Shown: positions 39,579 to 53,739, counted from the first letter of the whole stretch. The stretch: 63,750 bases of DNA, filler included, from Octopus bimaculoides (GCF_001194135.2; 8 parts of 7 records of this genome joined end to end with filler, not necessarily neighbours in it); one strand, 5' to 3'. The notes: generated by a model from the letters alone, not told the origin. A program made the numbers and translations.

Positions 39579-39740
39579 TATACGACAGGCTTCTTTCAGT
39601 TTCCGTCTACCAAATCCACTCACAAGGCTTTGGTCGGCCCGAGGCTATAGTAGAAGACACTCGCCCAAGGTGCCACGCAGTGGGACTGAACCCGGAACCA
39701 TGTGGTTTGTAAGCAAGCTACTTACCACAGAGCCACTCTC
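39307..39740 (-). mobile_element. tRNA-derived SINE family A (most complete copy)
   Basis: Minus-strand head gtggctctgtggtaagaagcttgc...ccgggttcagtcccactgcgtggcaccttggg, internal (CA/TA)n, tail tgactgaaacaagtaaaagagtaaa. Many further copies in the window. Confidence 0.85.
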
Positions 39741-40299
39741 TAGAAATCCTAACCTAAGTTTATCTAACGCACCAAAAAAACATCCTGTCCAAGAGATTCT
39801 TAATTAAGGAGACACTGGCATGAAGACTGCAACACTAGAGAGCTATTGACACCAATTAACTCAAATCTTCCACTATAAAAGCAGTGTTTCTGCAGTTAGC
39901 ATCTAATCTTTTACCAAATTGTATTTCTTTTGTTATTTACAGAAACACTAAAAGACTTCTTTTTTACCGTTTTTTTCCCCTTTGAGGAATTACTGATTTC
40001 AATGGTGTTACTTAATGGTGTTGTTACTATTGTTTCTTCATTACTAGTCATTCATTAAAGAAATTTATAGCAGCTCTTAAATCCTGTTGACGAATATAAT
40101 TGTCCAGGGGGAAATTATCTCAAGATAATTCCATAATGAAAATTTAAAGAATGACGATGATGAAGATGAAGATGATGATGATGATGACAATGACGACAAT
40201 AATGTTGTTGATGATGATGATGATGAAATACACATAACCCGAATGTGTGGGCTGTAAACGAAGACAATCCATATAATAAATAATGCCTTGGGAATTAAC

Positions 40300-40520
40300 T
40301 AAGACATGCAAACAAATACATTACTGAAGCTGCAGGAATTACAGGTATGTACAACATGCAGCAAACTGCACTACCAGGCACTGCACATGTATTGTGTACA
40401 GTTCTTTCAATGCAATAGGAACAACAAATCTGAAATAAAACACTACATATGCTCATGGCACTCACTCCTGTGTTCAACACTTCCATGACAGCATGCAATA
40501 AAAATAAGACCACATTGTAA
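40300..40520 (+). mobile_element. Decayed R4/Dong 3' terminal fragment
   Basis: Resembles the reverse complement of 37850-38020 (gacaaatac...aacatgcagcaaactgcacta..ggcactgcacat). Confidence 0.55.
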
Positions 40521-40896
40521 TAACTACAACAACAACAGCAACAATAATAATGAGTGCTCAGAGAGTGCAAACCTCTGCCAAGACAACACCAATGTCCTCT
40601 CAACGATTAGCCAGAGAGGATTTTTAAAATGAGAATATCTGAAATAAACTCGACTTCTCTCACAAAGGAGAATACTAAAAATGAACCCAATTGCTCTCAA
40701 AAGTTAAGTAAAAAAACAGGGAAAATAATTTAGAATCCTCATCTGGCTTCTTTCAGTTTCTATCTACCAAATCCACTCACATTTTGGACAGTCCAAGGCT
40801 ATAGCTGAAGACACCTAGGTTGCTATGCAGTTGGACTGAACCAGAGACCATGTGGCTGAAAGCAAACTTTTTACCACATCCTCATGCCAGTACCCA

Positions 40897-41038
40897 TATA
40901 GCCACACCTACACCTATATAGCCACACCCTACACCTATATAGCCACACTTGCACCTACATAGCCACGCCCACACCTACATAGCCATACTTGCACCTACAT
41001 AGACACGCCCACACCTATATAGCCGTGCTTGCATCTAT
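40897..41038. repeat. 20-bp minisatellite, 7 units, adjoining a SINE A head
   Basis: Unit approximately tatagccacacc(t/c)acaccta. Confidence 0.85.
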
Positions 41039-41693
41039 AACTTTTTTGTTTACTTTAAATAATCAAACTTAGCAGGAAAAAAAGCAAAAAAGAAGCTGCT
41101 TAATACATTGAAGCACGGAATTTATGAACATTTAGAATAGTTTAGAGATGTTTATTTTTAAAGAACAAAAAAAAAACATTTCTCTTCAGTCTCATTCTTC
41201 CTTGCTTGGCAACATTCCAATAAAATATTATTAAAGGAAAATAAAATGGATTAAAGAAAGAAAATAAAAAAAATCATCGTTATAAAATCAACGAATAAAT
41301 TAATTTATTGTGTTTTCTTGAAAACTTTAAGTCACAAAATAGATATGACACAGTCAATATCTCGCTATAATGAGATGAGATTGAAATTAATCTGTGATCA
41401 AAGTGGGGTCATGTTGAGGAAATCATTTAAAAATACAGTCAAAACATCAAAAAAAAAAAAAAGAAATTTGAAAATTTCTTTACACATTCAAGATTGAAGA
41501 TATATTCATCAAATATCTAGCATTTAAGAGTTGCACTAATGTATAAATGCAGCTGGTGTCAAAATAAGCATACTTCGTTTCCAAGCAGATGTTTCCAGGT
41601 CCTTCAGAAAATTATGTTGTAACAAAAATAGGCACCAGTAAGTCTGGATTGTTGAAGTGCGATAGAGCAGAAGGAAATGTTTGTGTATGCATG

Positions 41694-41736
<43 letters not shown>

Positions 41737-42126
41737 NNNNNNNNNNNNNNNNNNNNNNNNNNNNNNNNNNNNNNNNNNNNNNNNNNNNNNNNNNNNNNNN
41801 NNNNNNNNNNNNNNNNNNNNNNNNNNNNNNNNNNNNNNNNNNNNNNNNNNNNNNNNNNNNNNNNNNNNNNNNNNNNNNNNNNNNNNNNNNNNNNNNNNNN
41901 NNNNNNNNNNNNNNNNNNNNNNNNNNNNNNNNNNNNNNNNNNNNNNNNNNNNNNNNNNNNNNNNNNNNNNNNNNNNNNNNNNNNNNNNNNNNNNNNNNNN
42001 NNNNNNNNNNNNNNNNNNNNNNNNNNNNNNNNNNNNNNNNNNNNNNNNNNNNNNNNNNNNNNNNNNNNNNNNNNNNNNNNNNNNNNNNNNNNNNNNNNNN
42101 NNNNNNNNNNNNNNNNNNNNNNNNNN

Positions 42127-42182
<56 letters not shown>

Positions 42183-42698
42183 TTTGTGTTTGTCTCCCTA
42201 CCATCACTTGACAACTGATGTTGGCGTGTTTACATCCCCCATAACTTAACGGTTCAGCAAAAGAGACCAATAGGCTAAGTACCTAACTTTAAAAAAGAAT
42301 TAAGTACTGGAATTGATTCATTCAACTAAAAAGACAACCATTCAAGGTGATGCTCCAGTATGGCCGCAGTCAAAAAAGACTGAAATAAGTAAAAAATTTA
42401 AAAATTAAGTTAAATAAGTAGCATGTATGTCATGTGGTAAGAAGTTTGCTTCCCAACCACATGGTTCTGGGTTCAGTCTCACTGCTTGGCACATTGAAAA
42501 AGTGTTTTCTAATACAGCCTGAGACTGAACAAACATTTGTGAATGGATTTGGTAGATGGAAACTGAAAGAAGCATGTCACATGCACATATATATACATAT
42601 TGTGTGTTGCTAGTCAGCTAGAGGAGATTCTTCTTGGGGTTACAAGCATCAGTAGCACTGTCCTGTATAGGACGCCACACTTAGTTGGCAAATATATG

Positions 42699-42755
<57 letters not shown>

Positions 42756-45700
42756 TATTTAATTGTTTGAGAGAACAATAAACGTTAAGGCAAGGCAAAC
42801 ATCTCAAGTCATATACATTATTATTATTGGAAAAAAAAAAAGAAAAATTCAAAGTCTCACAGCTGTTTCTATGATATCCCAGAGTATGGGATATTCTATC
42901 ATCAGAGACAAATATGGAAAATAAGAAGGGTATATATTAATGAAGTGATGACAGATAGGGAAAATTAGATATATATATCATTTGTAGAAATACATAAATC
43001 CGGAGGAGAAGTACACTCTAAGATGGTAGTGCAGTTGAAGATTGAAGGCCAATGGCAAAGGGAGATAATTACCTAGAGTTTTACCTTTAAAACAAAGCTT
43101 TTCCCCTTCCTTATTTTGAAGAGGTCTCAGGCCAGCAGTGCTTGAGGTTTGAAGATATGCCATAGGGCTAAGCCTCTTATGAGCAAGAAACCTAGGGTAA
43201 CCCCTAAAGTGGCCTACTGCACTATAATATATATATGCATGTATGCATGTATTTATGTGTGTGTGTGTGTCTGTGTTTGTCCTCCACCATTGTTTGATGA
43301 CTGGTGCTGGTGTGTTTACATCCCCATAACTTAACGGTTCAGCAAAAAGTGACTGATAGAAAATGTACTTTGCTTTAAAAAAATATATGTCTTGGGGTCG
43401 ATTTATTCAACTGAAACCCTATTGTGATGGTGCCCCAGTATGACCACAGTCAAATGACCGAAGCAGGTAAAAGATAAAAGGATTTAAGGGGGCATTTGTT
43501 TATAGAAAATACAGATGCTATGTTAAACAAATGAAAACCATCTCGTAAATATGTTAAAGGGACTGTGCTATAAGCAGTTACCTTTTTATACCATGACATA
43601 GTGTTTCATCATGCTATCTCACATAACTTCAATAATCATAGTGAATTTGTTGTCAAAGACCTAAGGACCCCCATCAAACAGGGCAAAACCCGCAATATAG
43701 ATAGATAAAAGGAAATGTCTTCGCCCTTAAAGGGGTTAATTCCTTCACCTTAATGCATCGTTTTCATTACATTAGATCATATATAACAAGCTACTTTATT
43801 AATTACTAACAATTTTTTTTATTAATTACTTATAATTTCTCTTGAACGATTTCTCTTACTACATAGAACATATCAAAACGATTACGGTTGATACATTGAA
43901 GTTCTTGTTAGGACGACCCTTAAAGAGTTACATTCTGACCTTACCACAACATCTTTCATCAAGTTGAAATAGGTTGTGTCTAAGAAACAGAGGACATTTC
44001 CTAAATCCTACACTTATTGGAGGAAATTTTCAGGAAACAACATATAACTCATTTATTCTGATTGGAGAATTTTTTTTTCCTTTATTTTTTTTATTTATTT
44101 TTTATTATTTTTTTTTTGGTTTATTGGATTTACACAAATCTGTTTTCCCTTTCTGTGTCAGAATAAAGTAAATAAAACTAATGTCCACAGTTGCATTACA
44201 CAATTTGATTCTGAACAAATGTGTTTATCCACACGGAAATAATAGAATAATGTGCTGTTAACATTAATGTATGTCACATGAGATGTGTGGGTATATATAT
44301 ATATATATATATANNNNNNNNNNNNNNNNNNNNNNNNNNNNNNNNNNNNNNNNNNNNTTAATTAATTAANNNNNNNNNNNNNNNNNNNNNNNNNNNNNNN
44401 NNNNNNNNNNNNNAATATCATTCGATTTTTTATATTTTATAAAATTTTTAAAGTCATATTTATGTAAACCATTCGCATTACTGATCCCAATCAGTTGTTT
44501 TGTACCATTCTATGTTTGGCCCCCTGTGGGCAATAAAGAAATTGATATTTCGTCTGTCTTTATGTTCTGAGTTCAAATTCTGCCGAGGTCGAATTTGCCT
44601 TTCATCCCTTCGAGGTCGATAAATTAAATACCAGTTGCGTACTGGAGTCGATCTAATCGACTGGCCCCTCCCCCAAATTTTCGGGCCTTGCGCCTAGAAT
44701 CGTTAACAGAATTTTCCCATGCTTAATGGCATTTCATCTGCCTGTACGTTCTGAGTTCAAATTTCGCCGAGGTCGATTTTACTTTCATCATTTCGGGATG
44801 AATAAAACAAGTACCAGTTGAGCAATAGGGTCGATGTGATCGACTTACCCCCTCCACCAATTTTTGCTGGCCTATGCCAAAATTCGAAACTAATATATAT
44901 CTCTAACACACACGAGAACAAAATTATTTATAGATAGTTCGTAATGTAATGCAATGTAACGATCCCTAATTTCACGTAGTTGCTTGCCATATTTCTATAA
45001 TAAGCTTCAATTGGTGTGTTCTGTTTTATATTCACAGACATAGTTTGATCACCAGCAAAACGAAACTCTGACAATCATTATTCTCTGCGATCTTCTTTTC
45101 TGTATTTTCAATAACTTAAGTAAATATGATTAGAAAGACATTACTTAGTGCGCAAACACAGCTCGGAAATTAAGAAACTGCCTTTGTAACCAAATGGTTC
45201 CAGGTTCGTGCCCACTTTGTGATATCTTAGGTTTACTGCACATTTTCCATTTCTATGTCTGTGTTATGCTTTTTTTTTTTTTGCGACTTTTCTTGTAACG
45301 CAATAATTCGACAAATACACGTTGAGATATGCAAGAATCTAAAAGAAGTATTTTATGAACATTAGTATTATACTTATCTTTTGGTAAATATGATTGAGTA
45401 ATCCCTGAATGATGTGCCTTAGCATAGCCACTGTCAAATGACTGAAAGTAGTAAAATGCATGTAGGATAGGTCTACACATTCGCACATCATACTCTTAGG
45501 GGAAACAAATCTCCCTCCAGTCAGACACTGCTCACTCACACTAGGATGGACATATTAGATACTTAAGCCTTACACATACGAAAAAAGACAGGGTGGTTAT
45601 GGCTGGAGTGATTTTGATCATAGGTTTGTTCAAAGCGTGATATGCAGCTTAAAAGCATTTCTTACCTTAACAAAAGTTCACAAATATATTGGGTGAAGTG

Positions 45701-46089
45701 AAATATGTAGCTGATCGTGTATATATTATTGAGACTTCTGCTATCGACCCCCAGGGGATAGAAAAGCAATTATTGATACTAGTAAGACTGGGAATTTAGA
45801 AGCTGATATCGGAAAAATACTATTTCTAGTATTGTACTATTTCTGCTATTCTAACAGCATCAGAAATATTTTTGGTATCTTATGCATGATATATAGTCAA
45901 CATAGGAATTGCTACTCAGTCGCTCGACCTGATTGAATAAGCAATCAACTCTCTTTCGAACTTCACCGTACCACATTAAAAATGGAGAAAAGTATATAAT
46001 ATACATAACAGAGAAAATTATATTATATACATAACAGAGGAACGTATATAATAGACATTACAAAGCAAGAAATAAACGTGAAAAATGAT

Positions 46090-46279
46090 ACAGTTCTATA
46101 TTTAAGAGATGAGGATTTATGTACATTATTTACAGTTGACGGATATTTGTCCTTATCTTGTTTGTTGCTAACATAACGTATCGGCTGATATACCCTCCAG
46201 CCTTCATCAGGTGTCTTGGGGAAATTTCGAACCTGGGTTCTCATTCCTAAGGTGTTTTCCAATGTTGCTATTATTATTA

Positions 46280-46315
<36 letters not shown>

Positions 46316-46458
46316 GAATCGAACTAGGAATTTTGAGGCTACTAATAGCCCGCGCTCTTGACCACTACGCCATATGCCCGTGGGCATTTCCCCAAGACAC
46401 CTGACAAGATGAGGACACCCAAGACGATGAAGAAAAATATCAATCAAATGTAAATAAT
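46090..46458 (-). mobile_element. Second copy of the tRNA-head plus hammerhead-module element
   Basis: tRNA-like head 46315-46379, (TAA)n, full module with CTGATGA..GATAC (46172-46216) and a rearranged inverted partial module at 46388-46458. Exact 12-bp direct repeat gtgaaaaatgat (46078-46089, 46459-46470). Confidence 0.8.
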
Positions 46459-48070
46459 GTGAAAAATGATGTTTAGGACAAACATGGTGCTACTGCTAAA
46501 GACAGACAACCGGCACAACACCGCAAGAAGAACACCCACTGATTCCCATAAAATCACCGATAGACACTCCCAGGCCTCTGGTCCTTAGGGCTTATCCCTC
46601 TTTTTACAGCTCTTTCTACTGTTATTTCGTCCCTACTACTCGGAGTTTGATAGGCTTATGAAACCTCTCTTCGTACATTCCTGTTCCATTTGCAACTTTC
46701 TACCATTATTCTTGTAGCCAACTCACTACCTCTACGCTAGTCACTACACCCAGTCCGTTTATGGAAAGGCATTAGCGTACGTATTTGTGTACAATACGTA
46801 TGGCTATTTCTGGCTAACCAAATTCTAGGCTGTTCTCATCAGTACATTCATCATTGTTAACGCAGAATTTTCTTTGATCTTTGACAGCTTAGACAGTTAC
46901 CGACCTTTTTGTTTCCCTAGGCAGGTATTCCTCTTTTTTCTTTCTTTCACTCATAAAAAATAACATAATAACCTTCCTTTTCTTAACTGTTATACAAACA
47001 ATGTGTTTGAAGAATTCTAACTGTGAATTCGTAAAAATCCATTTTAAGCTGTTAACAACAATCTAGGTTTATACGTTTATGAATAGTTATCTGATGGACA
47101 ACGCACGCTGAGGAATATCATTAAGACGAATGTCTATTCATAGAATACATCGGAAAACGACTTATGAAAACAAAAATTACTGGTTACTATAAGACATTTT
47201 CACAAGGTAGAATTCCCTGGAAATGGTCATTGTGGTATATGTAAAAGTAAAGAACTGTCCTTCTATTCTCTCTTTTTCTAAATTTTTAGCGTTCTGCGTA
47301 GACGAAAAAACACATTCTGTGAATTTCCCCCAAAATGTTACTTTATAAAACGTCTTATTAATAAGTCACAGACTATGTATGTTGCTGATTTCTAAAGAAA
47401 ATATGAAATAGTGCTATGTATGATTATTAAGGATAGAAATTTGAAAAAGTTCGTATTATGTATGCATGCATGTATGTTACGTCAGGTCGCTGTCGGGCAC
47501 AACAGGTAACATGTAACCCAGCACAACTTGTTACATGATCAGGTCGTCAGCGACAAAGCTGGCAAACCTATCAAGTTATTTTATGAGGAGTGTGATTGTT
47601 GGACACTCTGCAGTACGTAAAGTAAGACCTATCAAAGGGAGGAAGAGCTCATGCGCAATCAACGGTCATCCAACAATATTTGTACATGTGCATAAACACC
47701 TGTATGTATGCGCAGAGAGGTGGAAATACCTGGGTTGGTGTCTAGGCGCATGGGTGACCCACTGGGGTGGGATGTCCTGTTGTTATCACAATATCTCTCT
47801 AGGAGATGGAACTTTAAGGGAGAACCTGTGACACTGACAATATTAGACCACGTAGACTAGTTCTTTTCGAGTCAATGGTATCCATGTTTCAGAGAGTAGC
47901 ATTAGATTTGTGCAAATCTTTTCCACACTATAAAAAAATCATCATACACAGGCATCCCTTCGCAAACATGGCTAGTCGTGGCCTTCTGATATGTAGGACG
48001 TTCGATCAGGCGATGGCAATACACAAACAGGAGTTTGCAGCCATCATGTATGTATGTATGTATGCATGTA

Positions 48071-48935
48071 CGAGGTCTGATCAAGAAGTATATGGACTGT
48101 TGCCATAGTAGCGAAGTAAAAGCACGCAGAGTAAAGCCACTTGGAATAGATTGACCTTAGATTCTGCAGTGCATGTGCACTAAGTTTTAACGTTCTAGCT
48201 CACTTCCGCTGTTCACAGTGGTACTTCGAAAGAAGGTGTGTAACGTGTGATCGTCGCATTGACCATGACAGAGAAAATTAACATTGCGAAAACTGCTCAC
48301 AGGCAGACACAAAGTTGCAGAAAGAGTATGGAGAGGAGTGTATGAGCCGCACACAAGTGTACGAGTAGTTCACACGTTTCCAAGATCGCTGAAAAAAATG
48401 TCACTATTGACGAACGTTCTAAGAGACCTACAACTAGCAGACCTGCGTAAAACATCGCAGATGTGTGTGCAGCAGTGAGGGAAAATCGTTGAATCACCAT
48501 CCGTGAGTTATCAGACAATGTGCAGACTAGTTACTTCAGTGCATTATCACTGAAGATTTGGGTATGAGATGCGTGTCTGCCTGTTTACACCAAAACTAAT
48601 TTCACTCGGGTTTCGCTTGCACATTTTCTTTCATTGTGTCGAGGACGATGAAAACTTTTTGAAAACTTTGCGTAAGCCTCTGAGCTGGTATCGCAAGCCT
48701 TTCGCAAATTTGATGCAGATTCTTTGCTCAAATTTCTGTCATGGTCAATGTGACGATCACACGCTACACACGTTCCTTCAAGCAGTACTGTAAGCAGCCA
48801 AAGCTAGTTAGGACATTAATACTTAACGCACACGCACGGCAGAGTTTAAGGTCAATATTACCAAGCGGCTTCACTCTGCATACTTTAGCTTCGTTACTAT
48901 GCCAACAGTCCGGATACTTATTGATCAGACTGCGC
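48071..48935 (+). mobile_element. Mariner-like element with decayed transposase HTH region
   Basis: Imperfect TIRs cgaggtctgatcaagaagtat..ggactg / cagtccggatacttattgatcagac. Internal frame VYGEECMSRTQVYE.FTRFQD...DERSKRP typical of the mariner N-terminus. Confidence 0.75.
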
Positions 48936-50925
48936 ATGTATGTGTGCATGCATGTATGTACGTATATCTACGAAAGCATCACTGATTAATAAATGCACAA
49001 TATAATCTTGTGAAACGTTGATTCTGCTACTTCTATACAACTGTGTTGTTAGTCATCGCAAACGAATCCGGCTGTATCAACATAAGAGTTTAAACTAATA
49101 CAAATGATGAAATATGTTTCTATTATTGAAACCTGTGAACATAAAATTAATTATATATAGAATAAGGATTGAATTTATTTCAATAATTTAATATACTGGC
49201 ATTTGATTAATGTCTATATTTATTGAAAGCACGAAAAATTTAGAAACCTTTCCGATTTAAACTAAATTAAGTAAAATACTGAGGGTATATAATAATATTG
49301 CATAAATATTAGTTGTCTCGCTTAAATTCTAGTAATGATTATTTATGCTTCTCTGGGAGAGAATTCTTGTCTTTAATTAAATAATCTATAACTGCTCCAT
49401 TAATCAGGAAAATTACTTTTCGCGCCGCAAGCTATGAACGCGTTTAATTCATATAAAAATAAGCAGCAATGGCTAAGAAGATAATTGTATCATGCATGTA
49501 GTAGTGAGATAATCGGTTCATAGTTTGTATATCCGCAGGGAGATCTACAGATAACAGCAATAAAACTCCAATACGCTTCTATACCTGACCAAAAGACGTA
49601 GGTTCACTATATGATGAATGTTAAATACTTAAACACTTCTAAAATGAATTCTAATTCGGAGTTACGACTACAAACATAAAATATTTATTCACACATAGAC
49701 TTGTCTATGGCTGCCTCGTTGTTTCCGTCGTTGGTCCTCTTCACTGTTGTTTCTTGGTGTTGCCTTGTTGTTTTGAGCGTTTCTCCCATTATGCTTCAGT
49801 CTTCATTCTGATGTTCTATTTTCGATGTTGAGATGTACAGGCTAAGAAACAACTGAATCATTTCGAGAAAAGGAATGGATAAGAAATTAATCTAACACTT
49901 AACTGTAACTATACAAAGAGAAAAAGAATCATGACAATAAAATACTACAACGAGAAACAACAGCAAAGGCTACAGAACCACAATAATACACATAACAAAT
50001 TCACAGACGAAAAACCAGTAAGTGGAAGCCTTCGTGATTTCAACATCGGAACAATTAAAGACTCAATTTGCTATTTGTACCGTTAGTAAATTTCATTGGT
50101 GCTCTTCAAATTCTTCTCGTTTACTACCGCACTCCAACAGTATTATTAACAAATACAAAGTGAAAAGGGAACGTAAATTAAATGACTTTTGTAATTTTGT
50201 AAAATCCCGAAGATAGAATGTACTTCATGTTCAGAACTAAACCTCTTTGTTGTAAATTGAACAACGTATCTATATTTAGTAATACTTTTGTTAGGTTTTG
50301 TTTTGTTTTTCTGTTATCTTCAGCTCCCACGCAGAGACGCATTCTCCACATCTCAAATAGCATTCTGTTATGTTGCCTTAAACACAAAACGAATAGGTAT
50401 TTTTACATTCGAAAATAGAATGACGAAAACAAGCGTAAATTACAGAGTGAATATAATACTATCAACAATAACACCAACAACGTTAATAAGAGAAATAACA
50501 TGTCAGAAATAATATGATAACGAAATGAAATAAATATTGTAGGAAAAAAAAAAACACAAACGCCTTTTGTGAATTTTTATTTAAGTTTCGTATATAACTA
50601 CTTTTGCTTTTTTTTTCTCTTGGAGATAACTAACGATGGCTATAGAGGCGTATCCCTGTGTGAAGTCAGAATAATTTGCCTTCGTTTATAAGCTAACACT
50701 TTGATAAACCGAAAACAAGAAAGTAAAGTATAAAGACGTTTATCTTAACACGACTAGCAGTCACAATTTCGCTCGCAATATAGATGTTAAAATGAAATAC
50801 ACACACACATATATGTGTGTGTGTGTGTGTGTATATACATATACACATATATATGCCTACATATATGTGTGTGTGTGTATTTCATTTTAACATTTATATT
50901 TAACATCTATGTAAGCATATGTGTG

Positions 50926-50968
<43 letters not shown>

Positions 50969-51501
50969 ATANNNNNNNNNNNNNNNNNNNNNNNNNNNNN
51001 NNNNNNNNNNNNNNNNNNNNNNNNNNNNNNNNNNNNNNNNNNNNNNNNNNNNNNNNNNNNNNNNNNNNNNNNNNNNNNNNNNNNNNNNNNNNNNNNNNNN
51101 NNNNNNNNNNNNNNNNNNNNNNNNNNNNNNNNNNNNNNNNNNNNNNNNNNNNNNNNNNNNNNNNNNNNNNNNNNNNNNNNNNNNNNNNNNNNNNNNNNNN
51201 NNNNNNNNNNNNNNNNNNNNNNNNNNNNNNNNNNNNNNNNNNNNNNNNNNNNNNNNNNNNNNNNNNNNNNNNNNNNNNNNNNNNNNNNNNNNNNNNNNNN
51301 NNNNNNNNNNNNNNNNNNNNNNNNNNNNNNNNNNNNNNNNNNNNNNNNNNNNNNNNNNNNNNNNNNNNNNNNNNNNNNNNNNNNNNNNNNNNNNNNNNNN
51401 NNNNNNNNNNNNNNNNNNNNNNNNNNNNNNNNNNNNNNNNNNNNNNNNNNNNNNNNNNNNNNNNNNNNNNNNNNNNNNNNNNNNNNNNNNNNNNNNNNNN
51501 N

Positions 51502-51947
51502 TACATTTCAAGCATGTAGGAATTTTGAAGGAAACAACAGCAGCTTATTTTTGAAAAGCGTTCCCCACTCGGTGGTGTTTCGGAGCAAGTCGTCCATAAT
51601 TGTTTCATTTTTCTCTATTATGTGCGTATGTGCATCCATAGATTTGTAATGAAGTAATAAGCAGAAAAGAGAAGCCGTCATAAGAAAACTTACGTTAAAA
51701 ATAACATGCACACGATTTTTTTTTCTCAATAGAAGTAAATTCCAAAGTAAACGTTTCTAGTAGAGAAGTAGAAGAGAACAGAAGCAGCGTATTACTTCAT
51801 TACAAATCTATGGATGCACATACGCACATAATAGAGAAAAATGAAACAATTATGGACGACTTGCTCCGAAACACCACCGAGTGGGGAACGCTTTTCAAAA
51901 ATAAGCTGCTGTTGTTTCCTTCAAAATTCCTACATGCTTGAAATGTA
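51502..51947. repeat. Perfect 158-bp inverted repeat with a 130-bp spacer
   Basis: 51502-51659 is the reverse complement of 51790-51947 by eye. The left arm abuts an N gap. Confidence 0.85.
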
Positions 51948-52837
51948 CATACATCAATGTATATTTGTAGAAACTTTCACGAAAACGTATTAATTTTCCT
52001 GGAAGTTAAGAAGAATTTAAGTGGACTCTGTTGGAATTTCCGAAAATTGTCCACCACCCCCATTCCAAAATACTCTCACCGGAAATGTTTGTATATTCGA
52101 AATCTACATAATAAATACTATATGCATAGGAAATTTCATTAAAAAATATTCATTTTTCTGAAAGTTATGACCTTCCAAAGTCTGTGGGGTACAACTCTGT
52201 AGTTATGCCATAATCTTTTTTCATTGGCCAAGAAGTAGTTTGTTTCTCATGTCTTCTGAGTAGAATATATCTAGCCTCCTTGAACTGCTATCTTATATCA
52301 AAAGCTATTACAGTTGCATTGAGTTTGGCAAAAATCATTATTGCAGATTGTAGTGCTAAAATACTATGCTTTACGATTCTCTGAATGACATAAATTTGTT
52401 CCCAAAAAATGTTTTCATTTCTATCTAATATACGACACAACAGATTTTTTATTATTGCAGGGGCATTGTTAGACAGCGTAAATGTATAATGCATTATGTC
52501 CACTATAAGTGTTATGGTGTGGTGGTAGTTTACGACATATATATTTGCATAGAAATTTGTGTCTTTAGTCATCACGAGTTCATTCTGTGGGTTTTTGTCT
52601 TGTTTTTGTAGTTACTGTAATATACAAAATATACTTTGCGAGTGAGTATTTTATGTAGTTTATGTTCGGTTTGGTGAGCTTCCGTTTAATAACATTTTCA
52701 TGAAACGTGTTCATTTAGCAGAGTTAGATATTTTTATTGTACTCCTCCTAATATGTGTAATATATATTCTTATTATTTTTACTGCATTTTTGTATTACTT
52801 GTTATAATTATTCTTTTGGAATATATATATATATTCT

Positions 52838-53050
52838 TTTACTCTTTTACTTGTTTCAGTCATTTAACTGCGGTCATACTGGAGTACCACCTTTAGTCGA
52901 GGAAATCGACCCCAAGACTTATTCTTTGTAAGCCTAATACTTATTCTATCGGTCACTTTTGCAGAACCGCTAAGTTACGGGGACGTAAACACACCAGCAT
53001 CGGTTGTCAAGCGATGTGGGGAGGACAAACACAGACACACAAACATATAC

Positions 53051-53101
<51 letters not shown>

Positions 53102-53269
53102 CATATATATGACAGGCTTCTTTCAGTTTCCATGTACCAAATCCACTCACAAGGTTTGGTCGGCCCGAGGCTCTAGTAGGAGACACTTGCTCAGGGTGCC
53201 ACGCAGTGGGAATGAATCCAGAACCATGTGGTTGGTGAGCAAGCTACTTACCACATAGCCACTCCGGCG

Positions 53270-53272
<3 letters not shown>
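52838..53272 (-). mobile_element. SINE family A copy
   Basis: Colinear with 39307-39740. Partial copies also at ~2670-2860, 26410-26520, 26815-27215, 32940-33200, 40745-40895, 42170-42590, 43270-43480, 54230-54480, 56010-56220, 56960-57300 and 63348-63730. Confidence 0.8.
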
Positions 53273-53303
<31 letters not shown>

Positions 53304-53739
53304 GTGCTCGCAGCCAGCCATTTGCTTCAACGAGGATTCGTTGCAACTAAAACTTTTTATGTTGTTGCTAAATAGCCACCCTGCTGAATAAAAATTCTGT
53401 TTATAGCCATGTCTATATCATACTTATTGTGTATATATAATGATAGTACGCCAGTTACTACGGTGTTAGTCTTGAGATAGCATCGCTTGTCGATGTTATA
53501 AAAGTGGATAAAAGTATCTGGCGTTCTTGGTGGCCGTGCACTGCCGAGTTATTTCACCCTTTGATGTTTATTGTTTTCAACACAGCACGCATATAAGGCA
53601 AGTTATCTCAGGACGAACACAACAGGAGCTGACCTGTCAAACTGGATACACATTAAGGTGGCTATTTTAATCTAATACTATTTCAATTTAATATACATCA
53701 GTTAGAATTTTATTGAATGTTTCCTATATCGAAGGTGAC

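Noticed and set aside
52288-52575. 95-aa hydrophobic ORF on the minus strand
   Set aside because: No recognisable motif or convincing splice sites; compatible with chance in AT-rich DNA.
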